64,000 nt of DNA from Antedon mediterranea (lineage: Eukaryota; Animalia; Echinodermata). A program made the translations under genes and the position numbers. The notes below the pieces were generated by a model that saw nothing but the letters and a program-made list of their open reading frames with translations, did no database searches and was not told the DNA's origin. The stretch is taken from NCBI RefSeq assembly GCF_964355755.1, contig NC_092671.1, positions 10,602,001 to 10,666,000 on the forward strand, read 5' to 3'. Below are positions 12,023-26,500 of the stretch, piece by piece. How positions within the stretch are numbered: position 1 is the first letter of the stretch; each line of letters opens with the position of its first letter.

Positions 12023-15000
12023 TAAATGGTATTTAATTTTTATCCATATGGTGGTGCATATTAATTGTTATGGTAACATTTTGCATTGGAGAAGAATACG
12101 GTATAAACAAAGTATTGAAAACATTGTATTCAATTTGTTACAAAGTGCAAATCCTTCAAACAAAATATAAAAAATTATTTAGTTTTAATAGATCAACTAA
12201 TTGAAATAATGTTAACTTCAAACTTACTAAAAAAACTAGCTTATAAAACCAGAGGCAGACTAAAAATTGTGTGTAATGTTCAATAGAATTGAAAGTAGTT
12301 TTTTTTTTTAATGCAATATGTATAAGGATGAATTTACACAACAGATAGCATGTGGCTTTCAAAAATGTGATAATTGTGCAATTAATTCGTAAAATTTAGT
12401 TTTTCATTTCTAATAGAAAATTATAATTTAAAAATGGTGGCAACAACCTGAAGAAAATGACTATGGTCACACAGTATGATAGACACCATGATGTAAGCTA
12501 CAGTAGTCTAGATTCTAGGTGGCTAGATGACTTAATATTGCTAAAACGATAAATTTGTTTGCACACATGGCGTCTCATACTTGAGCTGGTAGTCAAAAAT
12601 CGAAACGCTGACAGGTGGACAATATAAATAAGGCAATAACTAGAGGCTTGGGTCTATCTGTAAACAAGACGTAGCAGGTTTGAAATTCCAACAAACAGTT
12701 TGAAATTTGAAAGTTTCAATAATGACACACTAGCTTTGGCTTTAGTTAGATGATCTAAATGATAACATCTGAATAATAATTATGAAGACAATTCTAAACT
12801 ATAATATCTACAGTACTGTATCTTATTGCTTGGAGTATTATGCTTTCGTATTATGAGGTCATGTTACAAAAATGACCTCATTAACTACAGGTATAATTTA
12901 TAGATGCACTAAACTAATGAAAAATTATTTATAACATTCCTATTCAAAATATTTGTTATGTATTTACTTTAGATTTTATAAATTGCAGTAGTTACCATCA
13001 ACTGAAACTTAAAAGCATCATTGATCATTCACACGGTACTAATAATATTTCATAAATTTTAAATAAATTATTAGTACCAATGTATATAATAATGGTTTAT
13101 ATATTAATACAGAGAAAAATATTATATAATATTATATTGTTAATTTTAGAACTGTGGTATTGGATATTTAACACAGGGTTTGAATATCTTTCAGTTGTTA
13201 TCCTATTACACTTATATTTAAAAAGCCTAACATGAACCATAGCCCAACAATCCTGGAATATGACGTCATCAATACAACCACGACCATTACACCCTCGACC
13301 ATCAATACTACCACGACCATCAATACAACCACGGCCACCATTACCACCATCGAAAAAACCTGAACCACAACCATCAGCATAACCAAGTCCACCAATACAA
13401 ACACGACCATCAACATACCACGACCACCAGATACAATAATACAATTCCACCAATGCTGCCACCGCCGTCAACCAATATATAAACTTCAAGTTTATTCCAT
13501 TGATTATTATTGTAATCATTTTTAACGATTTATATTTGCTGAACTTTTTACAATCGTCAATGGAAATTGTGTTATGTAACTGTTTTTAGATTTCGATGAA
13601 TTAGACTTGTATTTTATTGCATACAAGTATAATAGTAATAAAGTTTATAAGAGATGTTTTAAATAAAATTATATATTTTGCTACTTAATGTTTCTATACG
13701 TTTGTATTAATAGAAAAATTATCCTGAATATATATTTTGCCAAAGATTTATATTAAAAAATGATACTGTATTCCATATTAATAAAGTAGTGAAATTATAC
13801 ATAACATAAGTGTACTACTGTTTTCTTTTGTTTTGAAAAACCATACGTCAGCCTGTCATACGCTTTTAAATCTCGGTTGATGGCGAATTTCGTAGAATTT
13901 TTTTCCATCGCTAGATTTAAAATCTCTTTTCCTACTCTAGTGATAATGCTTTATTATCATGACCAAACATGACTTTTGTTTGCTGATAAAAACAAAGTTT
14001 CAACTCACCGTCGCGTAAATCTTCTAATATTAACCCATACTTTAATAGTAACCCCTTTTCTAATAATAATCCAGCATAGGGGTTACTATTCACAACAACT
14101 TGATTTTGGGAGTGGGTGAAGATTGAGTGTTTTTGAGTTTATATAATAAAGTTAGAGTTCAACCACATTTGTTTATTCGTACTGTTTTATTATTTTGCAA
14201 TTAGTTGCTGACCGGAAAAGTTGGGGTGGGGGCGGGGATAGGTTACCTTTTTTTAGGTGCCTAAATTAAGATTAGTAATAGTAACCCGCCACTACTCTAA
14301 TAGTATCCCCCTTTGTAATAGTAACCCAACAAAATTCAAAGAATAATAACCCAGGATTACATTTATAAGATTTATGCATGGTTGAAATTATTTGTATATG
14401 CCTATAAAATCAACATCAAAAAGAAAAAATACATACATTATGAATACATACATAATAACTATAACTAATTATGCTATTGCTGTTATGCAAGTTTTTGTTG
14501 TCCGTTTTTAAAAACAATTACTTTATTATTATTCGTGTAAATAAATGTTAGATTGTATAAACTTTGTCATATATTATTGCGTCATTCAGTTTCTATGACA
14601 ATACGCATTAAACATGACTCTTAAAACCACAAGAGAATAATTAATATTTACTTGTATCCATTTGTACAAGTCATTTACGCTTCTTTTATCGATGTATTTG
14701 CTAGCTTATTTACGACATTTAAATACGAATGGATCATATCGCAGTCCTAATCCACTGCGGGGTCATGTTATATAAATGTACATGCTAATATTTTAAATGT
14801 AGCATTTTGCTCCCCCCTTGACGATCTCTAATGCAGTGTGTAAGCAAACAAGGCAATCTAACAACTGCCTCGGAGTAAGCGACGGTCGTACAAAAAAAAA
14901 TCGCGTACATAGAGATTCATATCATTTGTTTATGAATGAATTTACTACAGTAAAAAATAACAGGGAAATCCCCAGCATTTTGGGAAAACTTTTTCGTGTT

Positions 15001-17294
15001 CCTCTATTGTGTACAACAAAGCAAAGGATGAACGAACAGAGAACACCTCCAGAAGAGGTTCTATTTTATTCGTTTACAAATTAAATCACATTGTAGAATC
15101 TGCCCATTAATTGATATGTTTTATGATGTTAAAAGTTGTTCGTCATCATCATTATTCAATTCAATGTAATGTATTATTCAATAAAACCAGACGATTGCTA
15201 TTATATTTGAATGAAATACTTGATTATGCTATTACCAAAGCTTAAATAAATACATTATTAATAGTCCTATATAAAACATATGTCTATACTAAGCGTAATG
15301 TGGAGATGTCGATTTGCGAAGTTACGTTTGTTGATTTGTGCACACAGGTTTAGGTCCGACTCTAGGTCCGACCGACGAACCGACGACAAATCGATTGACT
15401 TGATCTAGATTGGTCGTCAGTCCTAGTCGGTCGTCGGTTCCCGGTCGGTCCTAGGTCATAGGTCGGTTCTCGGTCTGTCGTCCCAAATCGAAATAAAGAA
15501 ATTGAAATATGACCCTTCAATAGTGTAAGGTATAATATTTTGCTTTGAATAGAGTAATCCTGTATAGTACACCAACAATGTAAATTATAACTACAAAATA
15601 GTGGATTTTTAACAGCGCATAATAATTGCTACGGTATTTAAATTACGTATTACCGGAGCAAATGAAAGGACATCGAAAGTGTCGGTACAACAATTATTAA
15701 ATTATTTTTAGGAATTATTTTTCTAGTACTGTAGTACTAATGGCATTTAATTAAATGGATCTCTGTACGTAACGTAATGTTATTCAAAATAGAAGAGCAA
15801 CTTCATTGTAGTTGTATTAACCCCTACTTTCAAAATGGACCAGGCTGCTTCTTCCCATTGTTACAGCCGAAACCATAGGTAATTTATGATTTTCTTTCTA
15901 CGGAAATTATCTTGATGGACCGTGGACGGGTTCTCCTGTTTGTAATCTACTGTAGTAATACTGTAGTAGTAATAGTTCAATTAGAAACATATATTTTAAC
16001 ATGTGAAACAGCATCTTGTGGAAAACATGTGAGCAAGCAGCCTTAATCTATGGAGTAAGTAATCATAAAGATTATTATTAACTGTTAGACATGTGGTGCT
16101 TACGTCGGTATCATACCGTACTGCTCCGTTCTAAACAATTGTGCACAAAGGCATTCGAACCACGCAATGAATTGAAATAGTAAACACAAAATATACATTC
16201 TGTCGTTTGGTTTTGAGAAACACCAGGTCAATATATTTACTGTATATGCAAAATATAATTATGCTTATCGTTCCTGGTCAAGTAATAGATCCATAGGGCA
16301 TTGCAACATATATTAATAATTATATAATTGTTTTGATTGATGTTTGTCAAAAGTAATATATAAATATATCTATTTGTAGCCCCCCTTCTCCCCTATTCAT
16401 CTGAATTATGGCATGTACAGCCACAGAAGAAGATATGTTATAAGCCACTCTACCTTTAGTTTTGTCTATCTATTTATTTAATTATTCTACAGTAACTTCA
16501 TTGTAATGTTTATTATATTGTTAATGGTGGTCTCTGGGTTCTAGACTTATTTTGAACACCATCCACATTTATATAAACTTAATTTAATACCTAATTTATG
16601 AAGAAATATATGTATTATTTGTGGAAAATCAATGAACAAAGAAAGAAAGAAACAATATGCATCTATAATAAAATCTATTTCATCAGTACTGAACCAACTG
16701 TGTAAAAGTGAATCTATAATATTAAAATACATTTATCAAATAGCAATTGGCTTTTCCAATCATAAACTAAATACAACGATGTCATTGACACTGGTTGTAC
16801 TACGAGAATTATATCTACCTTCCCTGCAGTATTGGAATACATGGGCTCATTTTCATTATTTGTAAATCTATCTGAGGTTGTTTGTTATCTACATTATTTA
16901 TGAACTGATTGGGAGCTTACTTGATTCCATGATTAAATCTTCATTGGTTAGTGTTACATCTCATTCAATTCAACACACTAATTACGGACAATATTAATCA
17001 AGAATTTTAATTTTGTTTATGTAATAGTATACAGTTATTTTACCATCCATGACAAAGATAATTAGAATCATATTATCTGTAACGTATAAATCAAAAAAGA
17101 AAACCATGGATTGATAGCAGTAAATGATTAACAATATTCGTCGTTGTTGTTAGAAATGTAAATTAAAGCCTAAAAATAGTTCAATAAAATGTAGGGGTAT
17201 AGTCAATGCATCATACGGTCAAGTGAACATAAATGGTAGTGATTGAGATGTGGCGGTGGTATTTGAGAATAGTGATATAAATGAAGCTGATCCT

Positions 17295-18880
17295 ACCTAA
17301 TCAATTTGGCGAACTAGCTGAGTCCAGTTTTCCGAATCAATTTGGCGAATTAGCCGAGTCCAGTTGAATCATGGAAAAAATGTAAATATCTAGGATCGCT
17401 AATTGACACAGATAACGATATGAAACGCCAAAAACAACTCGCAATATCAGCCTTCAACAACTACAAAGAAATTTTAACAAGCAAAAACTTATCACTAGAA
17501 GTAAGAATGAGACTATTCAATGTATACGTCAGAAGCATATTCATGTACAACTCAGAATTATGGACAATAACCAAAAAACAAGAGGACGAAATTGACTGTT
17601 TTCATAGGAAATTATTAAGAAAAATTATAAAAATTATGTGGCCGTACACAATCAGAAATATAGAACTATATAGCAGAACGAAAGAACTAAAATGGTCAAA
17701 CATAATACGGAAAAGAAAATACAAATGGACCGGACATATGCTAAGGCTTCCGATGGACACTCCAGCCAAATTAGCATTGAAAGAATCCATTCGAAAAGTT
17801 AAAAGACCAGTTGGCAGACCAAAAACTACCTGAATAGGGAACATAAATAAAGAACTCAAAAAAGCAAATACATCGATCGCAAAATTAATGACAGACCATC
17901 AGACCACCGAAAGAGAGTCATGGAAACGATTAGAATACGCAATGTCTACCCAAGACGAATAGCGTAACGGATGATGATGATGAGTTTGCCGGATCAATTT
18001 GAAAAATTAGCCAAGTCCAGTTTGCCGAATCAATGTGGCGAATTAGCCGAGTCCAGTTTGCCGGATCAATTTGGCGAATTAGCCGAGGCCAGTTTGCCGG
18101 ATCAATTTGAAGAATTAGCCGAGTCCAGTTTGCCGAATCAATGTGGCGAATTAGCCGAGTCCAGTTTTCCGAATCAATTAGGTGAATTAGCCGAGTCCAG
18201 TTTACCTGATCCATTTGGCGAGTTAGCCGAGTCCAGTTTGTCGAATCAATGTGGCAAGTTAGCCGAGTCCAGTTTGCCGAATCAATGTGGCGAATTAGCC
18301 GAGCCCAGTTTGCCAAATCAATTGGCGAGTTAGCCGAGTCCAGTTTACCTGATCCATTTGGCGAGTTAGCCGAGTCCAGTTTGCCTGATCAATTTGAAGA
18401 ATTAGCCGAGTCCAGTTTGCCGAATCAATTTGGGGAATTAGCTGAGTTCAGTTTGCCTGATCAATTTAGTGAGTTAGACGAGTCCAATTTGCCGAATCAA
18501 TTTGGCGAATTAGCTGAGTCCAGTTTGCCGAATCAATTTGGCGAGTTAGAGTTTGTCGAATCAATTTGGCAAGTTAACCGAGTCCAGTTTGCCGAATCAA
18601 TTTGAAGAATTAGCCGAGTCCAGTTTGCCGAATCAATTTGGCGAATTAGCCGAGTCCATTTTGCCGAATCAATTTGGCGAATTAGCCGAGTCGGTCCAGT
18701 TTGCCGAATCAATTTGGCGAGTTAACCGAGTCAATTTGACGAGTTAGTCCCAGTTTGCCGAATTTCGGTTTGACATGAGTCCAGTTTGCCGAATTATGCC
18801 GATTCTAGTTGGCCAAATCCCAGTTTGCCGAATCATGTCGAGTCCAGCTAATCAATTTGGCGAGTCATGCCCAGTCCAGT
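17295..18880. repeat. 36-bp tandem satellite (interrupted by a LINE)
   Basis: Unit gccgagtccagtttgccgaatcaatttggcgaatta; about 2 copies left of the LINE and more than 20 to the right, degenerating after ~18750. Confidence 0.92.
17366..17982 (+). mobile_element. 5'-truncated RTE-like non-LTR retrotransposon (3' end of ORF2)
   Basis: ESWKKCKYLGSLID...RLFNVYVRSIFMYNSELW...KWTGHMLR...KRPVGRPKTT, typical of the RTE C-terminal region; in-frame stop at 17831-17833; (GAT)n tail; AGTT duplicated at both junctions. Confidence 0.88.
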
Positions 18881-21685
18881 CAATTAAAATCAATATCAAT
18901 CAATTACAATCAATATCAATCAATTATAATCAATATCTTTACCTTCGTCTTTTCCTTTTCATTTACATTAATTTACGTTTTACACTGATATAAGATAATT
19001 ACGGTACATCATCTGAAAGGTCACTTTAACATTATAGCTTTTTGTTATTGCTATTACCATATTATTTACCATAATGTATTAATGATATATTCAAATAATA
19101 ATTAAGATGTTAGTTGTCATCGATAACTCTCTCAGACAGGCAAGTAAATGTGCTTTCCTTTACAATACATGCTGAAATGTTTGGTTAAAATACAGTAATA
19201 CTGTTTTATACCTCCATGTAACCCAGTTTCCGTATCTCTACTACGGTACCGGTATATATTCCATTGAGGTGTGTTGCTTTGAGGAAGCACTCGTTATACT
19301 GAGCTCCGTTTCCTTTGGAGTTTTGCTCTGTTTTTTCTTCCATGGTTTAGGCTTATAGACTGATTTTCTGTATGAATGATTTATAGGACAGGAGATATTT
19401 CAAGTTAATATACAGTACATCAAGATCGAAAAGGGAATGTTTTGGACAAATGATGAGCGAGGAGATAATGAAGTCGATAAACAATACATTTTAAGGGAGA
19501 CACAACAGGTGAATATATCGTTGACATGACAAAAATACAATTTTACCACGACTATATTAAAATGTTTACATTATAGTGCAGCCCTATGTACAATAAAATA
19601 GCGATACAACGATTACCATAAGCTATTGCTATAGGGAAAAAAAGGATAATAACTGACTTCTTGAAATAAAATAATTGTACTGTATATGCAAATGGGTATA
19701 AAATATAAAGTCATATTCATTCTCTTGACGTTAATATGCTAATCGCGCTAATAGAATTCTTTATTGTAATATACAAAAAGGAGCCTGTACAAACAAGAAG
19801 CGAGATTCGTTATTTTTCTTTCAGATGAAAACAACGCTATCTAAAAATAAATTAATCGGAGGCAACAGCTAAACTATGGACGTCACGTTGTCATGGATAC
19901 GTTTCTATCCGTTCGTCATCCATTTTCATAATATTATCAACATTTAACAACAATTACGAAGAAGCGATTTCGATATTTGAATGCCTACAGTTGACATGAA
20001 ATCACTGTACATGAAAAATACAAACGACCAAATATTTGTCAAATCTGTTTTGATTTTTTGTTGCGATTGAACCATGGAGGTATAAAATGATGAAAATATT
20101 GTAAGAAGCCAAGTATACACTGAGAAATTTGACATGTATGTGTTTACCGTGTTAATACTCCATAATGTTTAAAAATCGTTGTATGTCGACGGTGCGTAGT
20201 AGTTACTGTGAGCACCAAAGTGTAATTAATCTAATCTTTACGTATAAGTGGTAGTGGTGTCTTTTGGTTCGTTACAACTATATAAAATGTTCTATGTAAT
20301 ACGAGAGCATTACTTATGAGAAAGTATACTACACAAATAGCGGCGCGCCCAAATAGCTATATTTACTTACTAACGTAAGAAAGGATGTTGTTGCATTTTT
20401 ATATAATGTAATCGAAAAGATTGGAGCCTAATGGTCTTCTCAGCTAGAAATAAGAGTAGGCGAGTCCACAAAAGACGAATTGAAGTATACTTCTGGCGGA
20501 TTGTTGGCGGATACCATTCATGACTTTAAAATATATAATTTCATCTAAAAAAAATCACAAACAATATACTTTGTATGGCAAATATTAAGTTACAGTTATA
20601 ACAAGTTACTTATAACTATTTAGTTTGCTATTTTCATTAGTGCAAATTAATTTGAATTACGCTAAATACGTGAACCTAATTAGTTAATTACTTACATACA
20701 CGTCACAATTAACAATGTGTGCAGACTATGGATTCTCAAGAGAACTAACGACCCAAGGTAAAGGTTTGTTTAAAATGAATAATACGATGATTATGCATTA
20801 ATAGATGAGGATCAAGATTTAATGATGCGTTTAGTTAAAAGAAATATTATAGTATGAGGATGTAAATATGCTAAAACTCCTGGGTTTACAAGCAGTATAT
20901 ATATATGTCTAATCTTTCACTGTAACCCGAACACGATTTCATTTCATTTCATTTATTTTTGTCTCCATAAAAATATAATATAAAAAAACGTGGACAACCA
21001 ACAAGAAAACATCACAAAAAAAACCAGAGACAGGATTCCTAAAAAGTGAACTTAATCACTATCCAGTAGGGGTCCTATTGTACTGATTGTATAAAAAGCA
21101 TTTAGAATAAAATTTGTATTACATTATATAACATTAAAAATGCATATACATACTATTTTCACATTATAGTACTACACAATTCACCCCTTTGAAAATCGAT
21201 TAATCCAATTGTCACACATGAAAAAATCTCTAAAAAAACTCGTTTACTATAGAACTAATCAACCAACATAGTTTAGTTTTGTTGACGTTCAAATTAAAAC
21301 AAAGGAATATGCTTTGTATGACCTCTTCTATTTCACTGCACGAAGTTTAATGTATATAAAACCACCCGCTTTGGATTATAGCTCTCCTCAGTTGGTTACC
21401 AGCAGACATTTTACTTAGGCCTATTCGTTTGTAGATGGAGCTGCTCGAGAGAATTAAGGAGTAACTTATACCTACTCAATGTAGTTTATGACCCCTTTAC
21501 TGTTTCTTTATAATACAGGATCTCAAGCTCTCTTTCAATTACCAGTAACATTGCTAAGCCTTGATGAATTATGACTTCTGTATGATTTTCTGCTTTAGTT
21601 TTATGAGTTTTGGTTGAAGCAAGTAAACCAGACTGTGCCGTCTATGTATAATGGCGACGTGATCATTTGAAAAAGAACTAGTGCA

Positions 21686-23241
21686 ATGGAATATAGATCA
21701 CGGAAGTTGCTAGTAATTCCATGTGTACTGGTTTTAGGACTCGTGGCTTTGAATGGACCTAGATACCCAACATCGTTTTGTAAGTTGCTCTTTTTTTCCT
21801 TCTGATTATGTGTGTTAAAACAGAAGAAGTTGCTTTATAATTCTTCCGTGGATAATTTACTGACGTTGGTTAACATCATCGGAATTATTAGCACTTTCCA
21901 TTGCATTATTACAACACTTTATAAGCCTACCGCAATCATCATTGTATTTATTATTACCACCGCAATGGAACAACGCAAATAATACCAAGTATTTCCCCAT
22001 TATTACATATAGATAATACTCCCAGGCCTGATGTAACTATATATAAATAGCACTATTTACGGATTTTCTTTTTAGCTAATGAAAGTGGCAAAGTCATATT
22101 TGGTAAATATCCTGCACTGAAATCAGTTGGAACAAATACAGAAATGGTTAGTGGAAACATATATTAACCAATACAAACAATAAATAAACAATAAAAAGAA
22201 AACACCAAAAGTTCAATTTATTCAGGTTTGATTTGGAAAATCGGATGTTAAAGTCGATTAAAATCTATCTAAATAATTGAATAAAATGATAATATTGAAA
22301 GTACCGATATTGTTTTACGTGTATCTGTATTATAGGAAACAAGTCATCAACATGCTTGGATAAAAGAACAAGAAGACATACAGTACCAAAGAGTAGAATT
22401 ATTAAAGAAAGGATGCATCTCGAAACAATACGAGAGTCATGAGTTTCTTCGAATACATCCACCACCTAGTCTTTTCATTGTTCCTTCTCACCGAATGATG
22501 TATTGTGCCGTTCCTAAAATTGCATCTTCAAGTTGGAAACATTTGTTTTTGATTGTTGGAAGATACGTTGGTGTAAATTCAAAACTTAATCAGAACAAAC
22601 TAAACGCATATGCTAGTAAAGTATTACCACGGTTTTCACATTTAAAAAACAAAACTGAGAAAGAAGATGTGATCGAATTGTACTTAAAATTTCTATTTGT
22701 TCGTCATCCGTTTTCTCGCGTTCTATCTGTTTTTAAAAATAAGCTTGATCCAAATACTAAATTCGAACGTGCAAGCCACTGGCAAAGACATCTGGGAATG
22801 AGCATTATTAAACGGTATCGTAAACTAGATGATTATAAGAAAGTTGCTAGAAATGTTAAGAAAAATTACGATCTAAAATTTGAAGAATTTGTAAAGTATG
22901 TTGGTGATCCCAAATTAAAACCAAGGAATGGGCACTGGAATGAGGTATATGGCACTTGTCGTCCTTGTGCGGTTTCTTATAATTTTATCGGGAAAATTGA
23001 AACAATGACGACTGATGTTGAATACCTTATGAAAAAAACGAAACTAGCTGATGATTATAAGTTTCCATCTATGTCATTAAGTAGTCCAACAAATAGTTCG
23101 GGGAAGAAAACAATGGAAAGTTACTATCAAAATATACCAGTTCAGGACTTGCAGAATCTGTACCGACGGTATACACTAGACTTTAAATTGTTCGGATATC
23201 CTAAACCTGATTTTGTGAATGGAAAGATTGTACCTGATTAA
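21686..23241 (+). CDS. Carbohydrate sulfotransferase (Sulfotransfer_2 family, CHST8-14/CHST11-like), type II membrane protein
   Basis: Exons 21686-21779 (MEYRSRKLLVIPCVLVLGLVAL signal-anchor), 22076-22146, 22336-23241 in phase; 5'-PSB motif YCAVPKIASSSWK, 3'-PB motif FLFVRHPFSRVLSVF, HW..CRPC..Y.FIGKIE, and C-terminal DFKLFGY. Confidence 0.92.
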
Positions 23242-23594
23242 ATAAATACTCAGTAGGTTACTATTGTAGTAGGGTTTTTATATTTGTTTTAATTAAATTT
23301 CATTTACATCAGAATTAAGCCAACTGAATGGCTTTTTAACATCGTAAACTCTCGTAACAGAAAAGAGACGGGGACATTCAATAAAAAGAAACATATCATT
23401 GCAATTAATTGTTGCTATATCGTCTTTTGTACATGTTATGCGTAATTTGAATCGTTGTGCAATTGAAGTTGTGCAAAGATTTATTTGTGCAGACTATTTG
23501 GGTTTTAAAATTGCCACTACTCATTTGATATCTTTTATAAATAAAATAAAATATTTTTCTATTTATCTTATCATATCACAATATTCAGAGCTTG

Positions 23595-26500
23595 CTAAAC
23601 ATAAATGATATTAATGAAATCAAAGAATTCTTTGGTCCATGATATTTGGTCAAGTTGATTGTTGTCGCCACTGAACTCAAAAGGTATCCATTCTTTTCCA
23701 AATTCATCGTAAAACTCTTCCAGGTTATCTCCATGTATGTGTACCTGTTAACGGAAAAGGTAATAAGTTTAATTTTCCACTTTCAATGTAACCACTTACC
23801 AATTGAAGTATGTTTCATTTAAACCTTGTTCTATACGATAGAATGTCACGTAATTTAAATATAACCGGACTGGACGTGAATAGTCAATAATGGTCATGGA
23901 CTGGACATGTATGGTCAATGGTGATCACGGACTGGACGTGCATAGTCAATGGATGTGATCGTAGGTCTACATTATTGGTTTAGGCCATCACAGTCATCTT
24001 TTATTCATGCAATCAAATATATAATTATGAAATGCTGATCCAGGTTTCCGAGTAATTACAGTATTTGCAACTTACACGCTTGGATAACTTTTCCTTCAGG
24101 AATGGTTTGGTTAAGGCAAATGACCAGGAGAAATACCATGGTTGATGAATGAAATGCACTCCTTTTAACCGACAAGGAAACGAACACTGAAAACAGAATA
24201 TAATAATAAAAATATCCTGGATTTATATAGCGCCTAATGTTGTGAAACCTCTAAGCGCTGAACATTAATACCCCAGTCATTTTTTTGGATCAAACACGTA
24301 TGGAAACATACTCCCATAATGCAGCTAGTAGGCCTAATCAGCGCAAAGTTGTGTTTTGATCTAACCGGCTTCCCATTTATACACCTGGGTGGAGAGAGGC
24401 AAACGTAAGTAAAGTGTCTTGTCTAAGGATAAAAGCAATGCGCGAGAGTTGGATTCGAACCTCGATCTCACGATCAGTAGTCGAACGTCCAACACACTGC
24501 GTCACACGCCCTTATATTTCCCTTACACAATATACTGTAATACATTTTATTTTCATAAACGTTCATATTTATAAGAAATATTTCATAAACGTTCATAGTA
24601 TCCGGACTACAAACAAACCGTACCCGGGATATAGATATTGCAGCTGTTTAGATATTCTTTTCAAATTTAAAAAATATACATTTTAAACTCATCAGCTGTG
24701 GTACAAAAGAAATGTCAGGAAATGAATGATGTTATCAGGGACATTATTATTATTATGAACACGTTTTATTCATTCATTACATTTTTTATTTAAGCCTATT
24801 GAATATTAAAAAATCTTCCAATAATAGAGAGAAGAGAAAATTAACATTACTTCATACCTGTAACATTTCAACCATTTTCTTGAGCTGGTGTGGTTTGATT
24901 GATAGGGCCTGAGTTAACGAATAGTTGTAAAAATTCTCAAAAAGCACAAGACCGTTGACCTGAGTCTCTTGACTCTTCAGTAGATTTTCAAGTATGTAAA
25001 CAAATCCACGAAGAATCTACGATATTGAATTGTTATAATGTTATCAAATTAATAGATTGATTATACAGCAACCCATCATTTGTGACACTCCTATCTATAT
25101 TATTATAACTGTGTGGGACACTTTGTTGGATCTCGAAGATTTCCCCTTAAAGCTTGGTTCTCACTAGGACGCAACGCAATGACGTAACGCAAGGACGTAA
25201 CGCAACGCAAAGTGATTTGACCAATCTCAGGCGATGGATTATTTGAACAGTCGCGTGTGATTGGTCAACTCGCTTGCGTTGCGTCTATGTCCTTGAGTTA
25301 CGTCCTAGTGGGAACCAAGCTTTAAGGTTTTACAGAAAGATCTTCCTCATCACCATAATAGCCAGGGTCATTTCATTCCATCGCTCTATTTTTCTAATCT
25401 TAATTGACATTCAGTATGATGTACTTAAGAATTACTGTACATAACATTACATCATTTAAAGATGTATTGTCCCTTTGACTAATTCCCCCAAAAAATAAAA
25501 AATAAAAGATTTCGAAAAAAGGTGGCTCATTTTGAAGTAGCATAATAATTATTAACTATCACCAAAAAATTTTCGAAAAAAAAAATCATTTAACTGAAAT
25601 ACAGAGGTTTTTTTTGTTAAAAAAAATAACTTTGACTTCCAGTCAAAGTTTTCGATAAAAACATATCCCATAATGAAACGCGCTTGTGTATCCATAATAA
25701 TAAAACTTCCTTATGATCCGTGTGAAAATACCTTCTCAACCGTGACAAGTTGTAAACAATCCTAATTAACGTATGCATAATGCGTACTCATGGTTTGAAA
25801 TCTTTGTTTACTTTCGCTCGCGATGATTTTCCAGATGAAATGTAATCAAACTAATTTACCTGTTAATTACGTAAACTTGTTGTTTTTAGCTCAAATTTTC
25901 GACTTAAAGTGAATAACTTTAATATTACTTTGATATGGCCACTTTAAATTTAGAATATTTTGACCTTCATTTTTTTGTGTTTCAAGGGACAATACATCTT
26001 TAATCTTTGCCTAATTTATTTTCCATTATGATTGATCACGGTTATATACACTTCACGCAGGCCTAGATAAATATTAGTAGTTGTAGGCCTACTTTACCTC
26101 ATCAAATGGTGTTAAAACAGGGTCCCAGTGTTCGATTTTAAATGCCAGAACAACCCTACCATAACGATCTCTATGTGGTAACACAGAAGGATACCCTGCT
26201 TCTAGAGTTCCTTTAATTGTTTCGTCCGTCAAATCTTCAAAGAGCTCCGGATACTTAAGACGGAAACTTGCGTAACCTATATTAATATTTGATTATTTGA
26301 AAAAAAATTATTCAAAACTGAAAAGCAAAAAAAAAATTACTCGATGAGGTCCAATTCAAAGAGTAAGGAGGACATTTAAAAGTCCTTGATCCAATGATAC
26401 AGATTAATAAGAATTCAGTGTTGTAGGCGAAATAAACCCTCACTAAAAGCACTGGCCAAGAATCAAATGAGCTGGACCCTGTCTATATACCAAACGCTCA

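Noticed and set aside
13097-13519. Minus-strand Gly-rich and Val/Met-rich ORFs
   Set aside because: Antisense readings of an 18-bp low-complexity repeat with no supporting gene structure.
17930-18993. ORFs encoding 12-aa repeat proteins on both strands
   Set aside because: Explained by a 36-bp satellite; the frame shifts repeatedly and the first start codons come from the LINE (GAT)n tail.
24430-24512. tRNA gene on the minus strand
   Set aside because: A/B-box-like head without a complete cloverleaf, continuing into a SINE body.
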